NCBI GenBank assembly: GCA_951406725.2
Contig: OX597818.1
Coordinates: forward strand, 97,030,001 to 97,094,000
Direction of reading: 5' to 3'
Length of the DNA: 64,000 nt
Source of the DNA: Octopus vulgaris
Taxonomy: Eukaryota
Notes under the pieces: generated by a model
Told to the model about the DNA's origin: nothing
Databases searched by the model: none
What the model saw: only the letters and a program-made list of their open reading frames with translations
In this document: one piece after another, positions 27,840 to 40,075 of the stretch
Numbering within the stretch: the stretch's first letter is position 1
Layout of the letters: each line of letters starts with the position of its first letter
Translations under genes and position numbers: made by a program

Positions 27840-29952
27840 AGTGGCTCGCTTTGTCTGTGGCTGTTCCACATCAGCTTTAGCTATGGAGGGCAGACATAGT
27901 GTTTTGCTATTCCCAGTGTGCCCACCCCTGCCACCTATACCGGAAGTCTTATGTCTTTCTCCTGAACACCTCTAATGGTTAACTATCCGGAATGCTTTTT
28001 CCCCTCCCTTCCCCCTCCATCTCTATCTAGTGTCTATCTCCTTTTGGACATAGTGATTATGAGGCAAATGTAATGATGAAGTGTATGCAGGTTGAAGCCC
28101 ATCTATATGTTTATGAGATCTGCCAAATATACATGCAAGCTTTCTTTTCGAATGCACAAAGCTGCTGTCCTCCATCCCATGGTCTTGCTGGCCCACACCC
28201 TCAGAGTTGGTACATTGAAATGGTAGGTCTGGTGAAATTGTTGAGATGCATGTAGATTTGTGCTGCATTCAAGAAGTAAGGTGGAGAGGAGGTTCTGCTA
28301 GGTTCCACAGAAGCAAAGAGCATAGATATAATCCTTGCTGAGAAATGGGTTGATAAGGTAATTGAGGTAGTCATAGTCTCTGATAGAACACTTAAGCTTA
28401 GACTAGTGCTGCAACGTGGATTAGCAACCATTATCCCAGTCAGAGCTATCTGATGAACAGAAAGACTGATTTTTATGACACCCTCTTGCAGACTAACTCG
28501 TTGATGAATGACGGGCCTTCTCTTTGTGGCTGGTGACTTCAGTGGGCATGTTGGACAACATCCATGGTGGCAATGGATTTGGTTCGCACAATGAGAAGGG
28601 GACCAGGCTGCTGGAGTTCTGTGATGCAAATGATCTTATGATCAGTAATGCTAACTTCAGGAAACCTGCCAATCGTCGGTTCATCTACGAGTCTGGTGGC
28701 TACACTAGCCAGATTAACTACGTTCTTGTCAGGAAACAAGAAAGATAGCTACTTCTAAATGCCAAAACCTTCCTAAGTGAAAAATGCACCCCACAACATA
28801 GGTTAGTAGTTAGCAACTTCAGAATTGGGGCTAAATGGGCGACCAGTGTGGAAAAGAAGGGTCTAGAAGCTTAAGGGTCCTCTGAATGGATTGAGATTTA
28901 GAGATGTATTGAGGTATTTGATGAAAAAGAGGAGGATGTAGCATCACAATGTGGTATAGCAGATGCACAGGTGCAATAAACACCGAACATGGACAGAAAA
29001 CAGATTCCATCACATGTCGGAGGGTGGGGGCTAGAAGTAGTTAATAGCTTCTGTTACCTAGATGACCAAGTCAGTAGCAGGGGTGGATGTTCTGAGAGCA
29101 TAGCTGCTAGAATAAGAATAGCCTGGGCAAAGTTCAGAGAGCTACCTCTGCTGGTAACAAAGGGCCTCTTGCTTAGACTGAAAGGTAGACTGTATGTTAC
29201 TTGTGTGCAAATAGCCATGCTACATAGCAGTGAAACATGGACTGTAACTGTTGAGGACATGTAAAGGCTTGAAAGTAATGAAGCTAGTATGCTCCGCTGG
29301 GTGTGTAATGTCCGTGTGTATATACGACAAAGTGTCAGTGCCCTGAGAGAAAAGTTGGACATAAGAAGCATTAGATGTGTGCAAGAAGGACAACTGCGTT
29401 GGTATGGTCATGTGATGCATATGGATGACAGCTGTGTTAACAAGTGTCACACTCTAGCAGTAGAGGGAACCTGTGGAAGACAAGAGGTGAGGTGGTGAAG
29501 CATGCCCTTTGAACATTGGGCCTCATGAAGGCAATGACAAGTGACTGAGACTTTTGGAGATATGCCGTGCTTGAGAAGACCCAGCAAGCCAAGTGAGATC
29601 GTAGTCATGGTTGATGCCAGTGTCACATAACTGGCCCATTTAAAAAAAAAGCCCCCTTCAATTGTTGGGCAATATGCTGTGCTTGTGAAAACCTGTTGAA
29701 CCAAGGGAAATCGTTGTCATGGCTGACTAGCACCCGTGCCGGTGGCACTTAAAAAGCACCATTTGAGTGTGCTCGATACCAGTGCTGCATGACTGATTCC
29801 TGTGCCAGTGACACTCTCAGAGTGGTTGGTGTTAAGAAGGGCATCAAACTATAGAAACCTTGCAACACCAGACTGGAGCCTGGTGCAGCTTGCCAGTTCT
29901 CAGTCAAACCATCCAACCCACGGAAAGCAGATGTTAAATGATGGTGATGATT
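27840..29952 (+). mobile_element. Internally deleted RTE-clade LINE with AP endonuclease, RT C-terminus and 3' tail
   Basis: VAGDFSGHVG, GFGSHNEKGTRLLEFCDANDL, SQINYVLV (APE); LEVVNSFCYL, ARIRIAWAKFREL, SETW, LRWYGHV (RT C-term); stops and frameshifts; central RT missing. Confidence 0.92.
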
Positions 29953-30377
29953 GTATTTATTTCCCAAATGATCATTTCTCTTTGTTCAGTCAAGACTTCA
30001 TTTTTAACATTGATTATGATAGGCTGATGGTATACTCATTGTAGTAACAATAGTGTTTATTTCAGTATGCTTATGCAAACAGAAAATAGAACTCAAAATA
30101 TGAGTATATGTATATAATTATTATTTAGCAAAAGCAATAGAGTGACTCAAAGGCTGAGGGGTTTTCTGCATTGGCACTTATCAAACTTGCATATTAGAGA
30201 GTTCAGAAAGTAATTGAGTTTTTTTTCACCAATATGAAATATGAATCAATCAATTACATCAGAACCAAGGTCAAATCGGTGGAAACTGTCTAGAAATGGT
30301 AAGTCATCTCTTCTATCCAACAGTGTCGTTCATAGTTATTTTGGAAATTAACCCCATGAAGGGAAAAAAAAACCAAA

Positions 30378-30674
30378 CATTCAAGTGAGGTTGTTGCCAG
30401 TGCCGCTGGACTGGTTCCTGTGCAAGTAGCATTTAAAAAACACCATTTAAGCATGGCTGTTGCCAGTACCGCCTGATTGGCTCTCGTACCGGTGGCACGT
30501 AAAAGCACCCACTACACTCTTGCAGTGGTTGGTGTTAGGAAGGGCATCCAGCTGTAGAAACTCTGCCAGATCAGATTGGATTCTGGTGCAGCCATCTGGT
30601 TCGCCAGTCCTCAGTCAAATTGTCCAACTCATGCTAGCATGGAAAGTGAACGTTAAACGATAATGATGATGATG
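30378..30674 (+). mobile_element. RTE 3'-tail repeat
   Basis: Same consensus as 24914-25140, (GAT)n end. Confidence 0.85.
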
Positions 30675-31535
30675 AAGGGTAAGAACTTTACGAAACAACA
30701 TATTCATCATTGCTTGCTGTATGAGTTTCAAAAGATAAGTACTGCTACAGAAGCAATGGAAAACGTTTGTGAAGTGTATCTGGATGCAGTGAAAGCTTCT
30801 ACATGTCAGCTGTGGTTTAAAAGGTTTAAAAATAGCGATTGTGACATATCCAATAAGCCTTGTTCTGGAAGACAACCTTTTTGAATGAGATTGTTGTATC
30901 AGATACAGGTCAAAGCACCAGAGATTTGGTGCAAAGCTATCTACAAACCTCCTCAAGCAAATTGGGAAAACATTCCACCATCTGCAGCAGTTTTCTAACC
31001 TAGAATAACAACCTGTCATTTCTGCAGCACATTGTTACAGGTGGTGGAAAATGGGTTTTGCATTACAACAGAAAACAAAAAAAGATAGTGGTTACCACGT
31101 AATGAGAGCCAACACCAAAACCAGAACTCCTTCCACAAAAATCCTTTGTGTTTGGTGGAACAAGAGAGATATTGCCCATTACAAGCTACTGGAACTTGAA
31201 AGGACCATCAATGCAGATGTTTATTGTCAACAGCTTGATTGTGTAAATGAAAAATTACATTGAAAGTGGCCAGCTTTGGTGAACAGAAAAGATGTTATTC
31301 TCCAGTATATTCTCCACATGGTCATACCATTCAAAATAAACCTAAGAAAAAATGAGATTGTTAGGATGGGAAGTTCTTCCATATCCTTCATCCTCACCTG
31401 ACTTGGTTCTTATGGATTTCCATCTGTTCTGATCACAAGAGCATTTTATAAGAGACAAAACATTCAGAAATAGAAAGGAAATTGAAAACGGTTTTCAGAC
31501 TTTTTTCAGGAAAAGAAATAAGTTTCTTTGAATGT
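30675..31535 (+). mobile_element. Degenerate mariner transposase
   Basis: HIHHCLLYEF..WFKRFK..SGR (HTH); LCVWWN..TINADVYCQQL; SPDL..DFHLF motif near 31390-31430; stops and frameshifts. Confidence 0.9.
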
Positions 31536-32079
31536 GGCTGTATGGAATAAAATATCCTTTACTTGAAAAAAGATAGTATGCTTAGTGTCAGAAAGGGCAT
31601 CTAGCTATATAAAAAAAAATACTCAACATATCTAATGTATGCTAGCATGGCTATAAAATGAACAATCAATAGAAAACTAAGGTTTGAGTAAAATATGTTG
31701 TAGAATGCTGTACAAGTTGTTCTTTTGTTTTACTACATTTAACATACCAGGTTTAGTAATTTTATGGAATAGAGACACAGCAAAGCAATATCTCTTTCAG
31801 CTGTAAATTGCCTTGTGTTGAAACTAGCTGGGGCAAAAATAGATTGTGTCAGTGCTTTCATTGACAAGCCAGAAGGTGGACAGCTGACTCAGAAAAAAGA
31901 AGAGAACTGCTTGTTCAAGCTACATCTTGCTAAGGGAAAAGAGATGAAAGCAGGCAGCATTGAGTTTCTATTTATGTAGCCAGTACTAGGCTGAGTGATG
32001 TTTATTGATTCAATAAATTGACAAATGATTGAAACTTCAGATGCTGCAAGATGGTCAATGCATTAGCATAAATGACTCA

Positions 32080-32305
32080 TATCTTTTACTTGTTTCAGTC
32101 TTTGGACTGTTGCCATGCTGGAGTACTGCTTTAAAGGATTTGGTCAAACAAACAGAGCTAAGTACTTATATTTTTTAAAGTCTGGTACTTATTCTATCAG
32201 GCTTTTTTACTGAACTGTTAAGTTATTGAGATGTTAACAAACTAACACCAGTTGTCAGGCAGTAGTGGTGGACAAACACAGACATGCACACACACACACA
32301 TACAC
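32080..32305 (-). mobile_element. CORE-like SINE 3' part
   Basis: TTTTACTTGTTTCAGTC..GCCATGCTGGAG.. as at 38845 and 39482. Confidence 0.75.
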
Positions 32306-32510
32306 ACATCTATATGTAGGGGTTCACTCCCCCTACTAGTGATATATTGTATATAAAGGGTGCAGAGCATTGCACCGATAACCAGCTGGTGGAGAATTTG
32401 CCTGAGGTTAAGCTAGTAGTAACATTCAACTGCCACTTTAATGTGGTGACACTTTACATTATTACTCTCTCTCTTCTTGAGATTTTATAACTATGCATAT
32501 ATATATATAT

Positions 32511-32776
32511 GGAGGCGCAATGGCCCAGTGGTTAGGTCAGCGGACTTGCGGGTGTAGGATCGCGGTTTCGATTCCCAGACCAGGCGTTGTGAGTGTTTAT
32601 TGAATGAAAACACCTAAAACTCCACGAGGCTCTGCCAGGGGGTGGTGGTGATCCCTGCTGTACTCTTTTGCCACAACTTTATCTCACTCTTTCTTCTGTT
32701 GGCTTGCTTGCTTAGCCAGTGGGGTGGCGCCATTTGAAGGCTAAAACAATGCGAAGCACATTGTGACCAACGATGA
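32511..32776 (+). mobile_element. tRNA-derived SINE
   Basis: A box TGGCCCAGTGG, B box GGTTTCGATTCCC; second copy at 48361. Confidence 0.85.
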
Positions 32777-33322
32777 TATATATATGTGACCACGGTGATA
32801 TATATATCTATAATGTATATAGAATATGAAAGGTTTAATTCATTGATGATCTAAATGAATAGGTACACTGTGTAAGTACTATAATTAGTCATCCATTAGG
32901 TTCCAAGTTCCCAGCTGAGGCTGGAGTTAGGGATCCATAGTAGACTTCCAAGCTAGCAGGCATATATTAGAGGAAAAAGGATAACAAAATCAAAGCAGGA
33001 TGAGTATCTCAGGTCATCTAGAGTATTTAATTAGAGTAAGGTGAATTAGAAGTAATTAATGTCTTACAGCTGTTTCTGGGATATCCCAGGTAATGGGTCA
33101 GCATCTCCATACACTGGAGACAAGGTGTGTATGTAGGAAAGTTCCAGACAGAGAATTCAGTGTATAAAAGAATAAAACAGTAGATAGAAGAATAAAGACA
33201 TATATACACACGTAGTGGAGTTTTTTGGGTTTTTTTCAGTTTCTGTTAACCAAAAAAAAATATTGGTTAAAAGTTAGCTAAAATATACATGTAATTTATT
33301 TGTGTAGTACTTAAGCTAATGA

Positions 33323-34077
33323 CAAGGAAATTGACAATAGACTTTCTAAAACAAATAGCTCCTTTGGCAGATTGTACAAACGTGTTTGGCACAATGGTGG
33401 CCTGAAGAACAAAACCAAGATCAGTGTCTACAGGGCCGTGGTTCTCACCACTCTTCTCTACGGCTCAGAGACCTGGATCACTTACCGCAGTCACATCTGT
33501 CTCCTTGAGCACTTCCACCAGTGATGTCTCCGCACCATCCTCAACATTCACTGGAGTGACTTCGTCACAAACATTGAAGTCTTGGAGCGGGCCAAGATCC
33601 CCAGCATTGAAGCCACGCTACTGTAGTACCACCTCCGATGGGCAGGGCATGTCTCCAGAATGGAGAACCATCGCCTTCCAAAGATTGCCCTGTTTGGCGA
33701 ACTCTCCACTGGCCACAGAGTGAGAGGAACTCCGAGGAAGTGCTACAAAGACTGCCTGAAGAAGTCTCTAACAGCATGTCAAATTAACCACCGATGATGG
33801 TCAGACATGGCTGCGGACTGTGATGTATGGTGCCACACAATCTTCAACGCAGTCAGCAAGTTTGAGGAACGAAGAAGAGACGAACTTAAAGACAAGAGAT
33901 GCAGGAGGAAGGCGCGAGCCGCCTCTGACACCACACCAGATGTTACCTTCGTCTGTGGACACTGCTCACGGACCTGCCTTTCCCATATCAGACTTGTCAG
34001 TCACGAGCGTGCATGCACGTAATGTGGACAGCCTTCCTGATCTTCGTTCGTGAAGCTGAGCCATGAGATGAGATGAG
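33323..34077 (+). mobile_element. 5'-truncated RTE (BovB/AviRTE-like) LINE with C-terminal C2H2 finger
   Basis: 14-bp TSD ACTTAAGCTAATGA (33309-33322, 34078-34091); KTKISVYRAVVLTTLLYGSETW, LRWAGHVSRM, CGHCSRTCLSHIRLVSHERAC; (ATGAG)n tail. Confidence 0.93.
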
Positions 34078-34431
34078 ACTTAAGCTAATGAAGGAGCCCA
34101 TTTCTGGTTACTTAGTCTGCTAAAAGTAGCAGTCAAATTTCCTTGATCACACCCTACTATCTTATTTAAAGATAAGATACATTCGGTAATGTAGCCCTTC
34201 ATACACCTTAGAAATGGTCAGTCAGGACTGGAATGCCTTTTATCACAAGTTTGTTCAACTATGGTTGACCTGAGAGTAAATAACTACACCTAATTATTAA
34301 AGATATAAAAGAAAGTGCAACAAATGCACTAAAATTTGTTTATATAAATTATTCTGAATTAAATATATGGATGATCTAGATATTTTTAAAAAATGTTTTA
34401 TCACTGAATAAACTCCAGAGTACATGGTATT

Positions 34432-34665
34432 AGGCGGCGAGCTGGCAGATACGTTAGCACGCCAGGCAAAATGCTTAGCGGTATTTCGTCTGCGTTATGT
34501 TGTGAGTTCAAATTCCGCCGAGGTCGACTTTGCCTTTCATCCTTTCGGGGTCGATAAATTAAGTACCAGTTACGCACTGGGGTCGATGTAATCGACTTAA
34601 TACCTATGTTTGTTTGTCCGCTCTGTGTTTAGCCCCTTGTGGGTAATAAAGAAATAGGTATTAGT
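34432..34665 (+). mobile_element. tRNA-derived SINE with a Meta/MESC-like central domain
   Basis: GGCGGCGAGCTGGCAGA..GAGTTCAAATTCC..GTCGACTTTGCCTTTCATCCTTTCGGGGTCGATAAATTAAGTACC; CpG intact (young); domain name from memory. Confidence 0.8.
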
Positions 34666-34933
34666 GACTTTTCGACATTGTAAATATAACTGAAGTGCTC
34701 TTTGCAAGTCTTAATGTAGCTGCATACATTTGTCCTGTAATTGCATGAGGTTGAAGGACAAATTTCCAAAGTTAAATATGAATATAACAAATACAGTATT
34801 ATTTTAATTCTTACGTATGCTTCTAGATAAATTACAGCTTTTTTTTTTACTAAAAACAAAAAAAAAAGGAGGTATGAAGACTGTTTGCAATTTATCTCCT
34901 GAACTTTACTCTGGTTTGAAATTTGCAGTGCGT

Positions 34934-34969
<36 letters not shown>

Positions 34970-35406
34970 ACACACACACACTCGCTCACTTACATATGCA
35001 CCCATACAATGACTGAGTAAAGAGGGTGTGTTGGTCATGTCACTACTCATACTCTTTGGATAATGGTATTATAAACAAATATACTCTGATGATGTCACAC
35101 CGAAAACAAAGACTGCTTTAGTAGAATTCAATTCTGCTTCTAAACAAACATGGAGTCTCATGAATTAGCATGTACACAGCTTCTACATGTGTGTGAAACA
35201 TGTTCTCTATTAGACAGCTATAATCCTTATGTCAAATTTGATGTTGAATATTTTGCCAGCCAATTAGGTGTGGTGATTTAAAAGCACCAGTTAATCTAGT
35301 TGCTGAAGGTATGAATTATAGACAAACATTGCTGTTACCTCTGGTTTCACAAAATTGCTAGACTTTGTTGGTAATGATTGGGATTACTTTAGCTAAATGT
35401 TTTATA

Positions 35407-35797
35407 TCTATATATATAAAGCTGAAGTTGTTTGTGTGTGGCAGGTTTGGTAGCCTTCAACTAACACTATCTCCTCCGAGACCCTGCGGCGCAAGTTGAC
35501 CAAAATTGAGAGTATGATAGAAGAAGGCTTGCTCTTCATTCCGTAGAAGATAAAATTCAAATCTGACCATGTTAAGACCAAAAATTATTTACATCAAAAA
35601 GGTGCTTTTTTTCTATGAAAATCCCTATTTTTTTACGATTTTTTGACTGCTGTGTCACCATTTTCCGGTGTATTTCAATCAGAAAAATGTTCACTTAAAG
35701 AGAATAACAAGCTACATAATGCAAAATTTTTACTTTTCAAAAATTCCAATTCTAAAGGCTTGAAACAAACCTGAGCAACGCCGGGTGATGCTGTTAG
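35407..35797 (+). mobile_element. Non-autonomous Helitron
   Basis: A|TCTATATATATAAA start; subterminal hairpin CCTGAGCAACGCCGGG then TTAG|T (CTAG variant); no TSD. Confidence 0.8.
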
Positions 35798-36112
35798 TTT
35801 TTATTTAAATACAACCACAAGTGAAGTTACAAACAGTATTTACGAAAAGTAACAAGCAACTTTTTGTATGGATGAAAGCCTGCAGCAAAATATGTAATAT
35901 TCAAAGTGAGTGGGAATTTTGTACAAATACATACAGTATCGGCATTATCATCATCTTTTAACATCTGCCTTTCATTCTGGTATGGGTTGGATGATATGAT
36001 AGGATTTAACAAGCCAGAGGACTGCATTGGGCTTTGTCATGGTTTCAGTGGTCGGATGCCCTTCCTAATGGCAATCACATTTCAGAATGTACTGGGTGCT
36101 ATTTTTCATGTA

Positions 36113-36607
36113 CCGTAAATCCTTGAGTATAATACGCAGGAAATTTTTAGGGGGCTGTACCTCTGAAAAACCTAAACCTCATGTATAATACACACCCCTT
36201 ATCTAACTTGAGTCAAGGAGGTCTATATTACGTCCTTGGTTTGTAAAACTGTATATGGTAACATCCTTTATTATTATTGTATATATAACATAATGCAAAC
36301 GTGTAGCTTTTTTGTGCATTTTGTTTGCAGAAAATAAAGAAATAACAGTAATAACGTTTAATAAATGTTGCTTACTGCAAGTTATGGATGATCCTTTTAT
36401 GACTTCATTGCTTTCAGGCTTAGCTTAAGGTATTTTCGCGCCCGTCATCACAAAATGCGTCTGAATAAAAATAGCCGGACAGCAAATAGAGACTCGGACA
36501 TTGCTTAGAAAATAATTTTCATTTTTAACCTCGTATATAGTATGCATTAGGGATTTTGACCTTTAAATTTTGGGGAAAAAATGCGGATTATACTCGAGGA
36601 TTTACAG
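36113..36607. mobile_element. Tc1/pogo-type MITE
   Basis: TA TSDs; TIR CCGTAAATCCTTGAGTATAAT / ATTATACTCGAGGATTTACAG; inserted into an RTE-tail repeat (35945-36110, -). Confidence 0.85.
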
Positions 36608-36829
36608 TAGTTTTAAGAACTCAGATCACCATTAGTGATTGAGTGAAGGTTCAGCAGAGAGAGAGGTAGCTTTATGCTAGGTGATGAAAAGTTACAATAT
36701 GAAGAGAAAGGATTAGGACAGACATGTAGATGAAAAATTATTTTTATGTCTAATGTTTGAATGTCTTAAAATTTTTTTATATATAATATGATGTGTTTCA
36801 AGAAACACAGTGAACTACTGTGAAAATCT

Positions 36830-37045
36830 AGGTCAGTGCACTAGCAGAATCGTTAGCACTCCAGGTGAAATGCTTAACTGTATTTTGTCCACCCTCATGT
36901 TCTGAGTTCAAATTCCATGAAAGTTCACTTTGCCTTTCATCCTATCAGGGTTGATAAAATAAGTCACAAATGAACATTGGAGGCAATGAAATTGACTTAA
37001 CCCCCACCTGAAACTGCTGATCTTTTGCCAAAATTTGAAACAATA
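36830..37045 (+). mobile_element. tRNA-derived SINE (34432 family), older copy
   Basis: GCAGAATCGTTAGCAC..GAGTTCAAATTCC..CTTTGCCTTTCATCC. Confidence 0.75.
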
Positions 37046-37975
37046 TTGTAAATATCTTGTATTCTACTGTTTAATATTAATCCACATTTGTTATTTCTAT
37101 CCCCTCTAATCATAATCATTATGATTAACATAAATATTTGTAGATACATATTGGCAATATATAGTGACACAAACGTGTTTTCCAAATGATAAATCAACTC
37201 ATTAGATATTCTAATATTAATTAAGTCTATTCAAAATAAATTTTCACTGGATAAACCATATATATTTATTTATTTTATATATCCCTCTTCTTAGAACTGA
37301 CATACCTTACCTCTAAAAAAAACTCTTCATGTTTACTGTCAATACCACCCCTTGTCCCCTACTCACTATAACCACCAATACATAACTTTGACCTTCATCT
37401 CTATCCCTCTCTCTCTCTCTGTTTAAAATATAAGAATAGGAGAAAGCAAAGTCTTCAGTGTGAGTATGTGGTTTTTGGGGTCATTTTTTCTTAATCACTC
37501 ATTCTCATTTATTTGTATATTCCATACCCTGACCCCAATGTTTGTTTTGTCTGTCCCCCCCCCCCCGTATTGTCCCCTCTTTTTCTCAACCTTATGGTGA
37601 ATAAAGAAATTCTCTCTCTCTCAATTTTCTGATCTGTATACCAGCTTATCATACAGCTGCCCTCCATGGATATCCCTTATGCCACTTCTCACCTTCCCTT
37701 TCTTTAGCTGTTACTTTCACCTCCTTCCCCATACTGATATTTACCATTAACCATCCCTCCACCCTTGTATATCATTCAGTACACTAAGCTCTTCCTCCAT
37801 TCATAACCACCTGTCACTCTCCTCTCACACTCCTATGAACTTAACCTCCACCCCACACACACTTCTAACCTTTGTCTGTATTCTCTTTCAGACTCTTCTT
37901 GTATCTTGACACTATGCTCCCACACCTCTATCTTCTTTCTTACTACTCCCACCCACTCTTGTATAATGCAAAGCA

Positions 37976-38047
37976 TCTTCTTCTTCTTCTTCTTCTTCTT
38001 CTTCTTCTTCTTCTTCTTCTTCTTCTTCTTCTTCTTCTTCTTCTTCC
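37976..38047 (+). repeat. (CTT)n microsatellite
   Basis: ~24 perfect CTT units. Confidence 0.98.
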
Positions 38048-38716
38048 AAGTTTCTAGGCAACTTTCTCTCATGCCAGTGTCATGAAAAAGACACCCAGTA
38101 CCCTGTGCCATAAAACAGTTAACATGAGGAAAGGCACCCAGCTGTAGAAACCATGCCAAAGCAGACATAAGTACTCAACATAGTTCTCTGGCTCTTTGAA
38201 TCCTATCAAACTGTCTATTCTATGCCAACATGGAAGACAGACATAATGATGATGATGATGGCATATACTTGTGTGTGTGCATGTGTTAAAGAAGGAAAAA
38301 TTAAAACAGAAGACCTCCAATTGATTTAAGTAGTATAAAAATCTAAAATCTCTGGAATAAAAAAAATAATGTAAATAAATTTTCCATAGAAACTTAGATA
38401 AATAACATACTTGTTATTCTTTCTTGGTATCTGACCCAGATTCAATTCAATGGATATACACATCATCCTTTCACAAGAACATATTTCACCTCTCCAGCTT
38501 CATTCATGTGTGAGTTATTTTTAAATTATAAATGTATGTTATCAAAAAGGAGATTGGTAAGTATGGATGAACATCATTACTATAAAATCATAATAATACC
38601 AGGAAAATATCCTCTTAAATAAATTGTGTAGGCTTCATATTGTTTTAATTACTTCTCTGTGATAAAGTATCTGCCAATACATTCAGAAAATCATAAAGAA
38701 GTAAGAATGGAATTCA

Positions 38717-38751
<35 letters not shown>

Positions 38752-38844
38752 TTAATGTTTATGTTTCAGTCAGCTTTGCTGCAGTGAGATAATTAAATCT
38801 AAAGCCACTTCAAAGTTACAAGGTGTAATTTCTCTTTCTCTTTC

Positions 38845-40075
38845 TCTTTTACTTGTTTCAGTCATTTGACTGCGGCCATGCTGGAGCACCGCCTTTAATC
38901 GAGCAACTCGACCCCGGGACTTATTCTTTGTAAGCCCAGTACTTATTCTATCGGTCTCTTTTTTTACCGAACCGCTAAGTGACGGGGACGTAAACACACC
39001 AGCATCGGTTGTCAAGCGATGCTAGGGGGACAAACAGATACACAAACACACACATATATATATATAATTTCAACAATTGAGGGTAAAATTAACTAATTAT
39101 TAATCAATTTCACCAAGTATTCAGTATGTAAAGGGACCATTTTAGGCGAATTCAAAATATTACATTATATATAAGGGCTTAGTAAAATAAATTACTTTGC
39201 CACATACAAAGTATGTGTAATTTATTTTACTAAGCCCATATATATATATACATATATACGATAGGCTTCTTTCAGTTTCCGTCTACCAAATCCACTCACA
39301 AGGCATTGGTCGGCCTGGGGCTATAGCAGAGACACTTGCCCAAGATGCCATGCAGTGGGACTGAACCCGGAACCATGTGGTTGGTTAGCAAGCTACTTAC
39401 CACACAGCCATTCCTGCGCCTATGTATATATAATTTTAAGCCTTTATGACATTGAGGTTATTCTGAATGTAACGCATATTTTATTCTTTTACTTGTTTCA
39501 GTCATTTGACTGTGGCCATGCTGGAGCACTGCCTTTAGTCGAGCAAATCAACCCAGGACTTATTCTTTGTAAGCCTAGTACTTATTCTATCGGTCTCTTT
39601 TGCTGAACCTATAGTTACGGGGACATAAACACACCAACATTGGTTGTCAAGTGATGTTGGGGGGGACAAACACAGATACACAAACATACACACACACACA
39701 CATATATATACAACGGGCTTCTTTCAGTTTTCGTCTATCAAATCCACTCAAGGCTTTGGTCGGCCCGAGGCTATAGTAGAAGACACTTGCCCAAGGTACC
39801 ACACAGTGGGACTGACCCCGGAACCATGTGGTTGGTAAGCAAGCTACTTACCACACAGCCACTCGTATGTCTATATTTATTCACATTGTCTTCAATTAAT
39901 CATGCATAATCTTGTAGCTTCAAGATTTTGTTGATACTCTTTCTTTTATTCTTTTACTTGTTTCAATCATTTGACTGCAGCCATGCTGGAGCTCTGCCTT
40001 TAGTCGAACAAATCAACCCCATGACTCATTCTTTGTAAGCCTAGTGCTTATTCTACCAGTCTCTATTGTCAAACC
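38845..40075 (-). mobile_element. Cluster of three CORE-like tRNA SINEs (38845-39421, 39482-39866, 39945-40075)
   Basis: Repeated TTTTACTTGTTTCAGTCATTTGACTGCGGCCATGCTGGAGC..ACACTTGCCCAAG..GTGGGACTGAACCCGG..TTACCACACAGCCA. Confidence 0.9.
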
